DNA of 62,134 nucleotides, the filler included, from Sphacelaria rigidula (lineage: Eukaryota): NCBI GenBank assembly GCA_964200075.2. It is 7 parts of 7 records of this genome, joined end to end, with 100 filler letters (N's around TTAATTAATTAA, not from the genome) between each part and the next. Parts side by side here need not be neighbours in the genome. Positions count along the whole stretch, not along the records: positions 1 to 8,792 come from CAXNAA020010084.1; positions 8,893 to 17,683 come from CAXNAA020010085.1; 5 more parts are not named here. One strand, 5' to 3'. The position numbers were made by a program, and so were the translations under genes. Shown here piece after piece: positions 1 through 13,703 of the stretch (position 1 is the first letter of the stretch; the number at the start of each line of letters is the position of its first letter). The notes beneath the pieces are model-generated. The model ran no database searches, was not told the origin of the DNA, and saw nothing but the letters and a program-made list of their open reading frames with translations.

Positions 1-566
1 ACATCATCAGTAGCCTTCGGGCCGAACAATCTTAGCCGGATGCAGCTCGCCCTCCATGCGGCTCGCCGAGCCCGCCACGGTGCTTCGCGCTTGGTGATTG
101 ATCGCGAGCCTGGTCCGGCGAAAACGCGGCGTGCTCCGTCTCGGCTTTGGGTGCGAGGCCATTGGTCTCATGACTGAAACATGCAGCAATAATGAGTACC
201 CCTCCCCCCATGAAACCGAGATTTGAATCCTGTTTGTAGTTCGTTTCATGACTGTCGTACCTCTCCTTTAGTAATGGATGGGAAGCGCATTTGTGTGGAT
301 ACTGTGATCTGTTGAACTTGTGGATGCCGTGGCTACTGGTCTGTGCGTGTGTCATGGACTCTGAGAAGCAATGTCAAACGTGTTCTCTCTTTCCCGGAGG
401 TCCTAGATCCGTCGGGAATGGTTCGTGGCTCAGGGGCTGTAATCTGGAGGCTGGGTCGGGTGATATATTCCTTGGTGTCTAGTCAGCACGCTTGAACAGT
501 CCACGTACATGTGTCTATTCATCTACGAGCTGGTTCAGATTGAACGCCCAAAATTCATTCCCCGGG

Positions 567-840
567 ATTTCCTCACGCCGTTTTTTCGAGTTAGACCACA
601 AAAATATGCACACGTGTTCCTGAGGGCAATATCTGAAACTCGAAGACCGTTTTTTTTTCTTGTCGGTGTCGAGATAGTCGGGATCCGACCCCTCCCCCGG
701 TCAAGTAGGTCAACCGCGACCTTGGATAAAAAGCCACCAACGAAACAAATAAAAAAAACCCGGTCTTGTTTTAGATAGTGCCCTCCCGAACATGTGTGTA
801 AATTTTCGTGTTCTAACTCGAAAAAACGGCTTGAGGAAAT
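567..840. repeat. Fold-back / MITE-like inverted repeat (~90-bp arms)
   Basis: 567-658 (ATTTCCTCACGCCGTTTTTTCGAGTTAGACCAC...) closely matches the reverse complement of 751-840. A third partial arm copy lies at ~936-1000. No TSD recognised. Confidence 0.85.
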
Positions 841-3800
841 GCCAAAACGTGCGCTGAAGTTTAAAAAAGTCTGTAATTACTTGATGAAAGTACAGAATTG
901 CCCTTTCAGAGGGTTGTTTTTACGGTCAACGACCCAGCCGATTCAGTTTTTCGAGTTGAGCAACGAAAATTGGTACACATGTTCCTTGGGATACCACATA
1001 ACCCTAGCGTGTCAAAAAGTTAGTGGTGGGGCATTCTTTACCGGTTGCCTGGGGTCTTTATGCCGGGACCCCCGGAAGCCGGTAGAGAACGGAGGAACTT
1101 TGAAATCTTGCCAAGAATATAAGTTTTCCATGTGGAGCATCAATACCTACGAAACTGCCAAGTTTGAGGATGATCTGAGCTTTTCTCCAGCAGATGAAAG
1201 GGAAATCGTCTCGAGGCTCCGTGAGTCTATATGACGTATCACGAGTGGAAATTATACGACGCCACAGCTCCACATCACCAAAACATCACGATTTTAGGCG
1301 AAATTCGACCCCGCTGGGACCGTTTTCAAATCTGTTTCTCCCGTTAGATTCCCAAGCTGATGACGGTTACTACGATTTGAAACATGTGGAGATTTGGTGG
1401 AAATTGGACTCGGAATTTGTGTTTTCAATTTCGGAACAATTTGAAAGGCGCTGCTTGGTCGAGACATAATTTTGTCCATAGCGCCACCGCTATAGCCTTC
1501 AACAAAAATCCGGCTATGTCACCATTTTTGTCTGTTCATTGCGGTCAGTATGATACCACATTCGTGCATATTGGCTGGGTATTGCGTTCGTCATCAGCCG
1601 GGGAAGAAATTTTTGGTATTCAATCTGAACCAGCTTGTATGGATATGGCATGGTGAGGGTATTTGAACGTGGCTCGCTCAACGAGTCAAGAGTGTGCGCG
1701 TCTCCACGCACGGCACTGTCATACCAGGCATACGTCCAAGCTCTCACGATGGTGGTGTGTACTGTACCCCGGCAGACTGGGTAGGCTGTGTATGGTGTCT
1801 ACTGCCTTCAATAATCATCAACTTTGCAGCTGATGATCCACGAGAGTGCTATGCCATGCGTGGTATGATGTTTATTACTATTACTCGCCTCATGGTAATT
1901 AAACGAGTGACCCTTCTCATTTCATGTTCCACACACCTGTCTCGAGAAGATGGCGTTTGCACACGAGTCACCAGTTGTCCATTTGCTATTCTTTATGAAG
2001 CAGTCACTTCACTTGCCCCGCCCCCCGTCCCCCGTCCGCCCCTCCCTCCTTGCCGCGGCCACCGCCGCCAACTACGCAGGATCCTGAACGAGGAAACAAT
2101 GAAGGTTGCCTCATCGTCTTCTTTCTCTTCTGGAAAATATTCCGTCATCTGATGGTCCACGAAATTTATCTTCTGCGCATCTCCTTCACCCAAGCATTTT
2201 CCTCATCTCCGTTCGGTCACTCCGGACGAGAGGGAAAGGAACGCGGGGTGGGAGGGGAAGGGGAAGGGATGTTTACAGCAGTTTTACCTGCGTGTGTAGT
2301 TGTGTGTGGCGAAATGATTCGAAGATGTAAGAGTTGTGGGGCTTGAGGGAGTGGGTGCAGTATCGGAGTCGTGTCGTGTCGTGTCGTGCTGCAAGCAGTG
2401 GTGCTCGCGGACTTGTTGCTATGGTGTCAGACAGTGCTATAGGCATGAGATTCGTTCAGCGGGCGGAGCTTACGCCCGCCCGGCGTATGGCATGTACCTC
2501 CCCTGTGTTTTTTATTTCGGCAGGCTTGAGTGACTGGGAAGACAGGGAGGGAGGGGGGGGGTGATGTAGATTGCCGGGGTGTAGGCGGTGGCGGTATTGT
2601 TCGGCATGAAGTGCACTTGCGCGTGTGCAGCCGATCGCAAGAGAGCAGCTCTTGTTTGCGAGCTAGATCCCGTCTTCGTCGGTCGCCGGGCCTTTTATTA
2701 TGAGATCGAACACGCGGCCAAACCGCTTGACGCCCGATCTCGCCGAATGTGCGCCCGAAAAAGCTCGCAGGGAAGCAACCGCCACCGTCGCCGCTGCTGC
2801 TGATACCAGAGGATCGACTGGCGACACGTGCTCGGTTGGCGCACCCAACTGATGTAGGTCGGTCAGACACGTCGGATGTAAATCGCTGGAAGACTTGACC
2901 GGTACTATAGGAGGAAAGAGCAAGGAGAGACAGGGGAGGGCGGGGGGGGGGGGAATCGTGGAGAGACAGGGGAACGACCACGAACTTCTGCATGTCTATT
3001 TACGTGTAATTGTTCGCAAGAATTATGACAAGAATGCTTGCTGTGGTGTGTGCGTGGTCGTGGTCGTGTTATCCTTCAGTCGGTGAATGTACGTTTACAG
3101 GATGTTCTTATATCATTCAGACTCGAGTCAAGCACACACATTATTGTGCTTGGTCATTTTTGTGTACTTTCCCACCTTCACGCTTATCACGTTTTTATTT
3201 TCTCAACGTCTTTGCAAAGATGTCAAGGGCGCGCCCCTTGTGTGCCACCCCCTGACAGGAGGCCGAAAAGCGGGCTCGAACTGTCGCGTGACTCACCGGA
3301 AGCAGATCATGGCATGGGCCGCGCTGCATGGCGATCGGCCGCAGGGGTCCGAGACACTGCGCACGGGGTCACACCGTTACTGATCGGTGAATTCGCGGCC
3401 AGAAATCATATGCAAGATCAAACCTGCCCTTGAACGCATGCATCTGCATGCTTGGTTGCCAGCAGCCAATCAACCATCACATCCCAGCTTTTGCTTGGAA
3501 AAATGGCAGCGTGTTGGAAGCAACTGTTGGTTTTTCTTACGCGAAAATCAGAGTTATGGCTGTTGTGGTTGTGCTTTCGCGTCATTTTAGCTCTCATGAT
3601 ACTTTCTACGCGAGGTGGAACTACGCTGTTACTCTCGTTGTTTCTTGTGTTTTTGTTCCGTGACGCCCGCCTACAGGCAATTGTTTCTTCACGGAGATGG
3701 TCTCTGATGACGTTGGGTCACCCACTAACATCTACCGAGAGGACAGAGGTCAGTCGGCCGTAGTCCGATGGTAACATGTGTTTTCTTCGAGGCCGCTTCA

Positions 3801-6800
3801 TGAATCTGCATTCGCCGGTATTGATCAGTCGAGACAGCGACCCTTCTTTCCGCACTATTCGGGATGATAACGCGCTCACCAGTGACGTGAGAAATGATAC
3901 TTTTTTTGGAAGGTGACGTTCGTTCGAGAGCCAAGTTGTGACGGAGTGCTTGCATGGCTTCGCCCAATCCTCACGTGCCTCAATACACACAGGTGCTGTT
4001 GTGCGCACCTCTCGGCCCAGGGCGTATTTTTCTGAGGTGAGGCTCATATGCCAGAGTTGTGCCAACGTTGAAGGGCTGCTGCGCAGTTATATTCTGCTCG
4101 TGATGGTTGCACCCGCTTTTGCGTGGATCGGGGTCGATTTTGACACCCACCTGCAAAGGCGGTATTTTGAGTGGGGGGTTCATTCACTTTACCCCGACTG
4201 TGTGTTACCTGCCGCTTCGTCACCTCGCTGTTGCCGTGTGTCCAAATAGGCATACTGGCTGCGTTGCTTCAGACTTGAGCGGTTTCCGTCGGTACGACCT
4301 CCTTCGTACTTTCTAAGCTTGTATAGTCAAGGCACAGCTTTTTTTTTTCGTTTACATGCTTTGCCCGCCTCAAAATGTTCGATGAGTTTTCCCCATTATT
4401 TATGCTGTTGCTACATCAACCGCCCTCTCGATTAGTTTCAAATGTTCACAATAGCACCAACGCCTGGATCGTGGTTGGTGCTCGAACCTGCCATTTCTGT
4501 TACAGGGTTGCACGCGCAAAATCGACATTTATTCTCTCTTGATCACGGAACTCGTACGGAAAATCTCTATTTCGACTCGAGTATCTCTTGGTTAGACGAA
4601 CTCATACTATTCATGTGCAAATGTACCAATAAACGTTTAAGCGTACTGTAGGGTATTTCCAGTGGGTCCATGATATCCGAATGTCACCTAATTGGCGGAT
4701 TGGTTACATTTCCGATCGATTTTTTGAGAGAAAACTGCAATGACATTGTACCAGTACCGTGCGTTCATGCGATGTCGGGCCACTTGAAGGTGCGGCTTGT
4801 ATGAAAATATCGAATGAAAAGACCGCCAATAGATATATTTATTTTGATCCGTATTCCTTCGACGGCGTTAGCACTTGAAAAACAGTTGGGTTACGCACTG
4901 TATGGATTGCGCAGCGGGAATGCCGACGCTTTTCGTATTGGTGGCATAAACGTTTCGTATGAGTAGTTCTGAGTGCTTTGCGCGCGGTACAGGATGTGTC
5001 TGCTTGACGGGCGATTGCAGGTTTGGCCCATGAACCCGAGTTGTGGGCAGGGTGTCGTATCTTGTCTTCTGTGTTTATGACAACATTCTTGAGGGGGGCG
5101 TCACACTTTTTTGCGAGTCATTCACCATGTCTCGGCAGCGGCCGATTCTGGATTGGGAATCCTACTTGCATCGGTCGAGCCACTGAGATACTGAAGCTTT
5201 GAACAAAGCAAATTTGTCGTGATCGGGCTCTTTCGAAGAGAGAGCATGCTTCTTTTTGTAGGTGCTGAGGCATATTTAGGGTAACTGAACGAAATATCAG
5301 TAAACTTCCCTCCTCAAAAGTAAACACATCGTGACATGGAATGGCGTGACTTCTCCTGATGAAATGGTTGGCGTGAACCAAACTCTTCACCCGTTTGTTG
5401 GGCTGAAGATTAATTCGCCTCCTGTCCTTTGTATTGCACAGTCAGGTGCACGTGCTGCATTACGTCATGCATGGTCACGCGGGTCCAAATCTGCGCTGCA
5501 GGAGCCCTCCCTCCGCCCCTCCCCCAAGTCCAGTGGGCTTCGAGGGCCGCGCACCACGTAGCCCAAGCCAATGTCTCACAGCTCATACGTTAACCGTTCT
5601 GTCAGTCTATTTGCGTCTAGGTTTTCATGGCTACAAGCCGTACAGCTGGAACAGGTTGCGTCGCGTGATACCGTCTCTCGGCCGCTGCTCCAGAAAATTG
5701 CCCAAACAAGACCGCAAATAAAACGGCATGGAGTTCCTGTGTCGGAAAAGCACCCTCGATTGTGATTGAATCATACCCTGAGTGCGTGCAAACTGGTGCT
5801 AGTCTCGACCAAGTAAAGCAAATCCGAGACTTTTTTAACGTTATCCTTCCCACTCCTCAAATAGCAGAAGTCCTTATGGTTGCTACTGATTGCAATCCAA
5901 CCGCGCTCTCGGCTCACAAAACTCATAGCGTACGAGCCCCTTCAGTATGCAAGCCACACGCTGGTAGCTGCGATAGTTGTGTCACTGGGCATGCCTGCTT
6001 ATGATCATGTTCGTTAGCTCTCCATGTTGTCCAGGTGATGCTGCCTCTACCCGCGCGCTACCCAGCAGCCAAGAGCACATCAAACTTGTTCCTGTCCTTG
6101 GGTGACAGAATTTGGTTAATGAAAAATTACTTGTGATCGTGTACACGAGTTCAGCTATCATCCTTTCTGTAAGCGAGCGTACCGGCCCTTTTTTTACTAC
6201 CGCACTTTCAAAGATGACGGGGGAAAAACACACACACACACACACCTCTGAAATTGTCCACCTGGGCCATTGTTGATATTTGCTGCGACGTCACAGTGGA
6301 CGAACGGAACAACGGTAGTCGACAAGCAAAAGCCACAAGTGCCAAACAACTGCAGGTTGCATTGATGCGCACAATGATTCGAAGTTAGCGCTATTACTTC
6401 GGCGTGGTATATCGCCCACCTACGCATCAATGACATCTTCGTTCTTGTTATGGATGTGACTGCACATATAATATGTCCGTGAAATGAACGGATTTTTTTT
6501 CGTAATGGGAGATTTTTCGTCGTGTATATCAAGACGGTCGATCCGTCTGAAAACGGTTGTCACCTCCTGTAAGCCCGTGATATGACAGGAACCTTGGCGA
6601 ATCATTTTTTGAATCAGTGACGCCTTCAAGGAGATACGGCCGGAATCGTGCAAAAAAATGTGTTTATTTCGCTCATTTTCCCCCATAACGGCGCTGACCG
6701 CGTTGATTTTAAATCTGTGCACCAACATTCCCGTCAGATAACGGGCTTTCAAGGGGTAGACCGCCGTTCCGGACAATTCGATCGTCTTGATGTAAATGAC

Positions 6801-8792
6801 GGAAAGCCTCCCGTCCTGGGGAAATATTCACTCCTAGCCCCACGAACGTGTTGTAAATATGGTGTACACGAAGCGCCTACAGTTGGCGTGCCTGAGTAAT
6901 GAAATGTTTTCGGCGCTCGATCTGTACCCTTCGGACCACCCGGGTTTCCGATTCAAGGTATTCACAAGGCGTAACTCAGCCCTCCCTCACGACGTCAAAT
7001 CGTACCGTGCTCCACGACGAGCTTGGTTTCGCCATTTGATTATGGTAACTTTCCGCACGATCAATACTCATGATAGTTGCTCTCTCGAAATGGTTGATGG
7101 TTATGTATATTTCGCAGGGGGTAAATAACAACGGAACTTGAGAGAAATCATGGGATGGAAGGAAAAGAGGAAGTACTGCGGGGTCATCGTTCGACCCTCT
7201 CGCTGCACTAGATTCACCCCGTTGTTTCGTACAATCAACATGTCTATCGCCCTCCTACATGAACGCATGGTATCTTTTCCTCTCTTGTCATCCTGTCATG
7301 GGCGTGTGAAGTACATCAGACTCCGAGCGTTGGAGTGTGTGATTACTGAAAAATTTCAAATCGGGGGCGTTTTTTTTGGAATTTCCAGGACTTGTGCACG
7401 AGTTTGAGTTGATATCGTGTTTTCGCGGCGATATGTGGCATGCATGACAAAATGCAACTCACTGTGGTATTTCGATTGTGATGCATTACAACGCAACAAG
7501 GCATATGCGATAGTGTGGCACAGTAAAATTGCTTACATACATGAGTGCAGCGGGATTCGGGCTGAGAAATCGTTACTGCCGCAGTTATTGTGTTGACTTT
7601 TTTCGAAGATCTCATTATTCATGGACGTCAACTCTCCGCGCTTCGAACACCGAATTTACAAATTGCGGATGGCTTTTTTATTGAGGAATAAAACCCGGAG
7701 AATTCAAACTACGTATCCACACGAAATCTTCAAAATATGGTTCCATCCTTTCACTCCCTGGTTGCTATTGACGACTGCTTCACGCCCTTGAAAGGTTGGA
7801 TTTCGATAACCAAAACGCTTGGGTCCCCTAGGTGAAAACCCAATTTTTGGGTCCGATCGGATAACTCGAAATGCACGAAATTGTTTCGTCACCCACCCCA
7901 ACATGTCGGTTATCAGGATTCAAACTTGTGTGGCGTGCAGTAGTTGTCAAAACCTACCGGCAGGTGAAGAAATTGAACCACATTTCGAAGATTTGGGATG
8001 AAAATGAAAATTTTGACTCTCCGGGTTCTCATCCTCAGTAAGGCATCCATCCCTAATTTGTAAAATCCCGCATTTTCGCGTGCTATCGTATGGATCATGT
8101 TCTTGACACATGAATGTTACTACTTGAGCCCATTATTGTCCTCGAAGATGTCAATTTTCTGTCGATTTTCGGACTCCGCGTTCAGACTTCTCCGGACAGT
8201 AAGCGGCCTGAATTTTCCTCTAAAGCTCGTTCTTGGAGAATTCCGAAAAATTCGGACGGCAACACAGCATCTCGGAGAGCTCCCCTTTTTGTACGCCGTG
8301 GCGCTCGCAAGCATCAAGAGTTATCAGGTACCGTGCCAGTGCCCCGAAAACTTCGAAGATCCGAAGAAACACCCTGATATTTGCTGAAAAAATACCTCCT
8401 CTTACAGGAGGCAGCGTGGAGAAAATTTCGGGCACGTAGCCCCCCCCCTCCCGGAGGGTATTTTTTCGAAAACTGTCATGATTTTTTCGATTCTTTTTTT
8501 GTCAAGTTTATCACAAGGACTTGATCACTAAACACTGATTTGATAATTTGTGTTGATTTTGTTACAAGAAGTTGATCAGTGAACGGTGACAATAACCGAA
8601 AAGTCTGGTGGGCTTTGTGGGGTTCGTATATCTGCCTCTGCTTCTTGCCCGTTCTGTCCCGATGACCTCGGATGCCGGAGGGCATTTTTCCGACGAAAAT
8701 TTTTTCCCGATTTTTTTTTCTCCGTTAACCCTTTGGGAACTAGACCCCCAGGGAGTGCTGATTTTTGTTTTGGTGAATCGGCATCATTTTCA

Positions 8793-8892
8793 NNNNNNNN
8801 NNNNNNNNNNNNNNNNNNNNNNNNNNNNNNNNNNNNTTAATTAATTAANNNNNNNNNNNNNNNNNNNNNNNNNNNNNNNNNNNNNNNNNNNN
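8793..8892. other. Artificial contig-joining spacer
   Basis: N44-TTAATTAATTAA-N44; the core gives stops in all six frames. Confidence 0.98.
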
Positions 8893-8990
8893 CCCAGCTT
8901 CTCGTTGTGCTCGGCCTCTCCCATTTCGATTTACGTGAAGATTTTGCCTCCCAAAACCATGCACTTTTTTGAGGGAGCTATCGTAGAAAG
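8893..8990. repeat. Dispersed repeat, second copy at 23014-23111
   Basis: CAGCT.CTCGTTGTGCTC...GATTTTGCCTCCC.AAACCA...GCTATCGTAGAAAG is present in both places. Confidence 0.8.
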
Positions 8991-9265
8991 TGTCATCGCT
9001 TTTACACCCACATAACATTCCCTCGGTCTCATAGACTACTGCCGCGGAGCATGGTAAAAACACTGGCTGAAGTATGCCATGATCGCACCTCGTCGCCTTC
9101 TGTTGGGTCGAAATCGAGCCGGCCTCTTCCTCTGACACATCTAGTTAGAAGCCTTTGCAATTCCTGGAAAAATGAAGTATCAGTGCGCTCGTCAAAAGCC
9201 GTTATGTTCTGCAAGGCTACGCCATGTTCAGGCTGCCAACGTTTTGCCCCGCCCAAAACCTTCCG

Positions 9266-9313
9266 CGAGGTTCGGTATAAGTTTCCTCACGAGGTTCGGT
9301 ATAAGTTTCCTCA
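9266..9313. repeat. Perfect 24-bp tandem duplication
   Basis: CGAGGTTCGGTATAAGTTTCCTCA x2. Confidence 0.95.
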
Positions 9314-10829
9314 CCAACGTAATCGTTCCTATCACTAGAAGTAACTATTTGTGATGTTGGTCGTTTTGGTCTTCTCTTATGTCGATATCATCCTCCCACA
9401 GCGTGGGTCTCGGGTACTCTTTTGGTCCAAACTAAAATGTCGATGGTGTCAGGAATCAATACCCGCGCCGCTTTTAGCGTTTGAATATGCATTCGAGTCA
9501 GTAGAGTTTTCTTCCCTACCGTACCACGAGGCCAAATGAATGAACCCAAAATTCTTCATCGGTGAATTGCACGCATTTCCCGGCGTTGAACCGTAATTGT
9601 TCAAATTCAAAGATCCAGATCAAAATATCCACGTGAATGTGGCCGAATGATATTTTGGAGTGATTATGGATAGGTCCAATTTTGAATCAACGGCGCTTGC
9701 CTACTGCCTTGTTCTTTACTCTGGCGGCAGGTTGAAGACGTGTCAACTTGGAATGTAAGACCATCGATCCCTTGGGGGTACGGCGCAACATGTAACGCGA
9801 TATAAGTCTCCGCGACTTGAACTTCCTTTTCACCAATTTTGAATCAGTGTTCAGTGTATTGTTTCTATGACGGCTATGTTACTGAGGCTGCTGAGGAACT
9901 GAGTCGAAGTACGGGGGGTGGTTATGACACACACCACACTCATTTTTTCCGACTGTTGGGTGCTATCGGACTGTTTGTACCACCCTCTTAATTTTCATTA
10001 GTTTGTTGGGTACGAGTTTTTTTTTACCTATATACTTCGCCCTTGTTGCACGCGTTCGATGATATAGAATATTGAACTACCTGCAATTTATAGCTCCTCT
10101 CGACATGTGAGCTGTGAGATGCGGCAACACCGTTCGTACACCTTCTTTCGCTTGCTAAGTGGTACAGTAGTGAATTTGCAGGTTGGGTAGTATCTTCGTC
10201 AGCGCCATTCGAGTCACCGCATTTCTAGAGGTCGGTCTGCTTGACTGATTTCCTCGCCTCAAGTACTGTGGTGGTGAGAGGTGGGTTGGTAGGTGTGGTT
10301 TCACAATTTGACAAGCCATGCACGTGACATGTAATGCACCCTGAAGATGCTGATTTCGCGCTGTCCCGAACACATATCGACTACGACCTTTCAACTCAAA
10401 TTATTTTTGCACGTGACCCGTATGTTTCACCTGCTACTGCACTCCTTGAACAACCCTGGCGTCCCTGGCGTCTGAGCAACGTCTTGTTCGGGCTCGACAT
10501 AAGCACCTCGACGGGTGTAGTAGGTGGTGTCGCCACTATTGCTACTCTGTACTCCGGGTGCTTCGCAAACGTGAACATGTTTCGATTGGTGTCGGCAATG
10601 AGGAGGTCGCGAGACTCCCGATCGACGGTAGCAACCGCCTAGGGGTGGCCGATGATTTTCCTCGTGTTACGTGGGCAAGAAGTGGACTAAAGTCGAGTGT
10701 TTAGGCTATGGGGTCACTAGGCACCGGTGAGGGGCAGATGTTAGTTCCAAGTGATTCCCAGGGGGCATAACGAGAGTTCACCGGGAGGATCCCCTGTTAC
10801 CTAGGGTCCCAGATTCGGCTGTACAGATA

Positions 10830-11430
10830 TAGAAGTTTCGGAGCTCCCAGGCAGTCAAAACTGCATCTGCAACAGCCGTTGTCCGGTTTACACATGATGA
10901 AAAAAATCTCTTCGCACGTACAAAATGGTCATCTCTACTCAAATCCTCGGCAGTATCCCCTCGTTGGGGATCAGAAAACTAAGAAGCTGTTGGTTGTCAG
11001 ACATGCATTTTGTGGATGTTGTTCAAGAGATTAGAGCTATGAAGCCTCGAGGACGTCAGGGAAATCCTCTCCACATCACTTCCTCTATAAGCGTCTCATT
11101 TTCGTGACTAGGTCGATACGATTTCAAACATTTCGCTCCGGAGCAAGGTGGACACAGTTCTTGGACGTGGGCCAATTGCACACCCTACTGGCAATACGTC
11201 GAATTGCGGGCAGCCATTCGCATGATGTTCCTGGTGGTGAAGGGTCCAAGTTTTCACGTCGCCCAGGCCCGATTATGCTCCCAAGACTTGGTATGCTGCT
11301 GCCCCAGCCAAGTGCTTTGGTATGTACAGGAACGCTGACGTTCATTGTTACCATGTATGGAGAGGTGTGAGCTGTTGATTTGTGGGCTATGAGCACGGTA
11401 GCATAAAACTCAGCACGATCGTCATGTGAA
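10830..11430 (-). pseudogene. Highly degenerate Ty1/Copia RT-RNase H relic
   Basis: Frameshifted minus-strand motifs in Copia RNase H order: NWPTSKNCVHLA (~SW.SKKQ.CVALS), EEVMWRGF, MSDNQ, DDHFVREE (~HHFVRE), VADAVLT/LGAPK. Confidence 0.5.
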
Positions 11431-12104
11431 CCGGTTGGGGCCTTAAATAAAAACAAATGATCGAGGGAAAACATCCACATCCGTAGAAGAAGCGCCCTCA
11501 TGGCACAACGGCCTGAGACGCAAAGCAGTCGCAAAATCAGCCGATTACTTGATTGATACGATTCGAGTGACTGAGCCGATTGGACTATTGAAAAATCAAT
11601 CGAAGGGAAACATCCACATTCCTAGAAGTGGAATGCTCACCTGACGATCCTTTCGTGTTTCAAGCCGTTGTACCATGTCAATTGGAGTCAGCTGTCTTAT
11701 GTGAGATTCCGACACACTTACTGGAGCAACAGTTCACGTCTTGCACGGCGAGGGCCGCTGCCGTCATACCGCTGACTTTCGTCGCCTATCCAACATAATT
11801 CCAAATGTTGTTTGATCAGGGAATACACAAGACAAAAGCTTGAAACTTGACACCCGTCACCACTGGTTGGTAGCAACACGTCGGTCACAGGTCACGCTAC
11901 GGACTATGACTCGGCACCACACTCCAGTAAAGTTGTCGGTACGTCATGTAAGAGAGTTGGCCATGAATAACAGTCATCGATGCCCACACCGAACAAGTCA
12001 TCGCTGGCTGTGGCACGAATAAGAAATTGCCGAAAACGGCGAACAACTAGCTGACATGCCTGCCGCCATGCCTCAAGCTAAATTTGAGGCCTGCTGGTCT
12101 CCCT

Positions 12105-12128
12105 GGACAAGGACAAGGACAAGGACAA
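12105..12128. repeat. (GGACAA)4 microsatellite
   Basis: Direct reading. Confidence 0.9.
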
Positions 12129-12630
12129 GGATGAGGGGGTGTGGGGAGGGGCCACCGCTCTTTCTCAATCTTTCGGATACACGGCTACGTGCACCTCCTG
12201 TTTTTCCGCACACTCTCAACCTCTCCTCTTCCTCCGACCGAAACCGCGGTCTCAAGAGCCCAGCTCATCTCTTCCCCGGTACACCAGGTTCTTTATACAG
12301 TAGCACGTATGGAATTGCATCCAGAATTATATACACACCTTTAGGGCTCTATGCTCAATCCTAGTGTTGCCCAGCTCACTTTTTCGCTCACATCACCAAT
12401 GCTTCAGGTTTCGCGGGTTTGTATTGTAGAGCGCATGTGTTCAATTAATGCACACTTTATTTAACCGGCGCCACAGCCAGGAAGTACCTTGAAATTATCC
12501 TACGAACAATCAATGGATCAATTGCTTTCTCTTCTTGTCCTCTTCTTGTTTTCGTACACTTTGAACCCCTCCCGTCCCCCGGGACGAGTCCGTGGCCTCA
12601 AGGGATCAACCCATCTCTGCCCAGGCACAC

Positions 12631-12686
12631 GGCTTATGGTCGTTCGTTAAACGACTGAGGCAAGCAACAAAGGACCACGCCCCCCC
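12631..12686 (+). mobile_element. Diverged 3' end of oligo(C)-terminated LINE family
   Basis: AAACGACTGAGGCAAGCAACAAAGGACCACGCCCCCCC matches the family consensus AAACGACTAAGGCAAGCAACAAATGAGTACGCCCCC. Confidence 0.75.
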
Positions 12687-12860
12687 GCACCTCCCCGCCT
12701 CCCTCCCAAACAAATACACGGCTTGCACCCTGGCATCGCGAATTCGACCATTGCCGCCCCGCGCCGACTCCTGTGGAATGACTTTTTTCTGCTAGTCACC
12801 CTCATGTTCTCAACTGCGGACATCGGATAGTTTTACAAACAGCTCAAATGCGTCTGCCAG

Positions 12861-12933
12861 CATTCGAACCCGTATTTTTTCCGACCCAACAATGGCGTCA
12901 GTTGTACCCTAACGACCACTGGGGCGCGGCGGC
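12861..12933 (-). mobile_element. tRNA-derived SINE head (Pol III A/B boxes)
   Basis: Minus strand GCCGCCGCGCCCCAG-TGGTCGTTAGG (A-box-like) ... GGTTCGAATG (B box); no full cloverleaf. Confidence 0.5.
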
Positions 12934-13703
12934 TTCACTGTACCGCAGTTTGAAGCGTTAGCAGGACCAGAAACGTTTCCGATATGACGGCTACTGTGGA
13001 GCAACATAATACTCTCTGTAGGAGGGCCGCTGGGCTGCGCTTCCTATCCACAGGGTTGACAACTCAACGTGGAGCGTGTTTCTCGCGGAGCAAGGACAAC
13101 ATAACGAACAAGAAACAAGAAACGAAGGCGTATGTTTGATAAGCCCGCGGGAAAATGAAAAGTAATCATTCAAGAACTATAGCTGGCGTGCACGCTAAAA
13201 ATGGGAACTTGAGCCTCGACCCTATGTTGACTCTTCTTAGTGGCGAGCGCCCTCTTTACCTAATTGATTAAAAACTAGCTTACCCCTCGAAGTTCATCTT
13301 CAACACTCACTGATGTTGTTCCTTCAGATGTCCATGGGCCAGAGTGCAATTGTCTGTTTTTCTTTTGCCGGAGGTTCGGGATACAAGGTGGTTTTGGTAT
13401 AAAAACGACGCCTACGTGAACTAAGGCCGATGCCACGCATACGCCGCGCGTCAGGCATAATAGTGCATTAGCCGCGGCCAGCGGCACTGCGGTTTCAAAA
13501 CAGTAAAATTGACACAGTTCAGTCCAGTCGTCGTGATCGCACCAACAGGGTGAAGTATACCTGCATGTCACCAACACATACCGCTAGCTGAACGGCGTGA
13601 CGTATTTGGTAGGGGTGTGCGCGTTGCAGGCGGCGCGTGCAGTTGTGGTTGGGAGGTGTTTTGGCTTTGTGTTTGAGTTTTGCAGAATTTCTCCCCCGAC
13701 CCT

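Noticed and set aside
8837-8848. TTAATTAATTAA as a periodic biological motif every 8.89 kb
   Set aside because: It is always embedded in N44 padding, so it is an assembly spacer.
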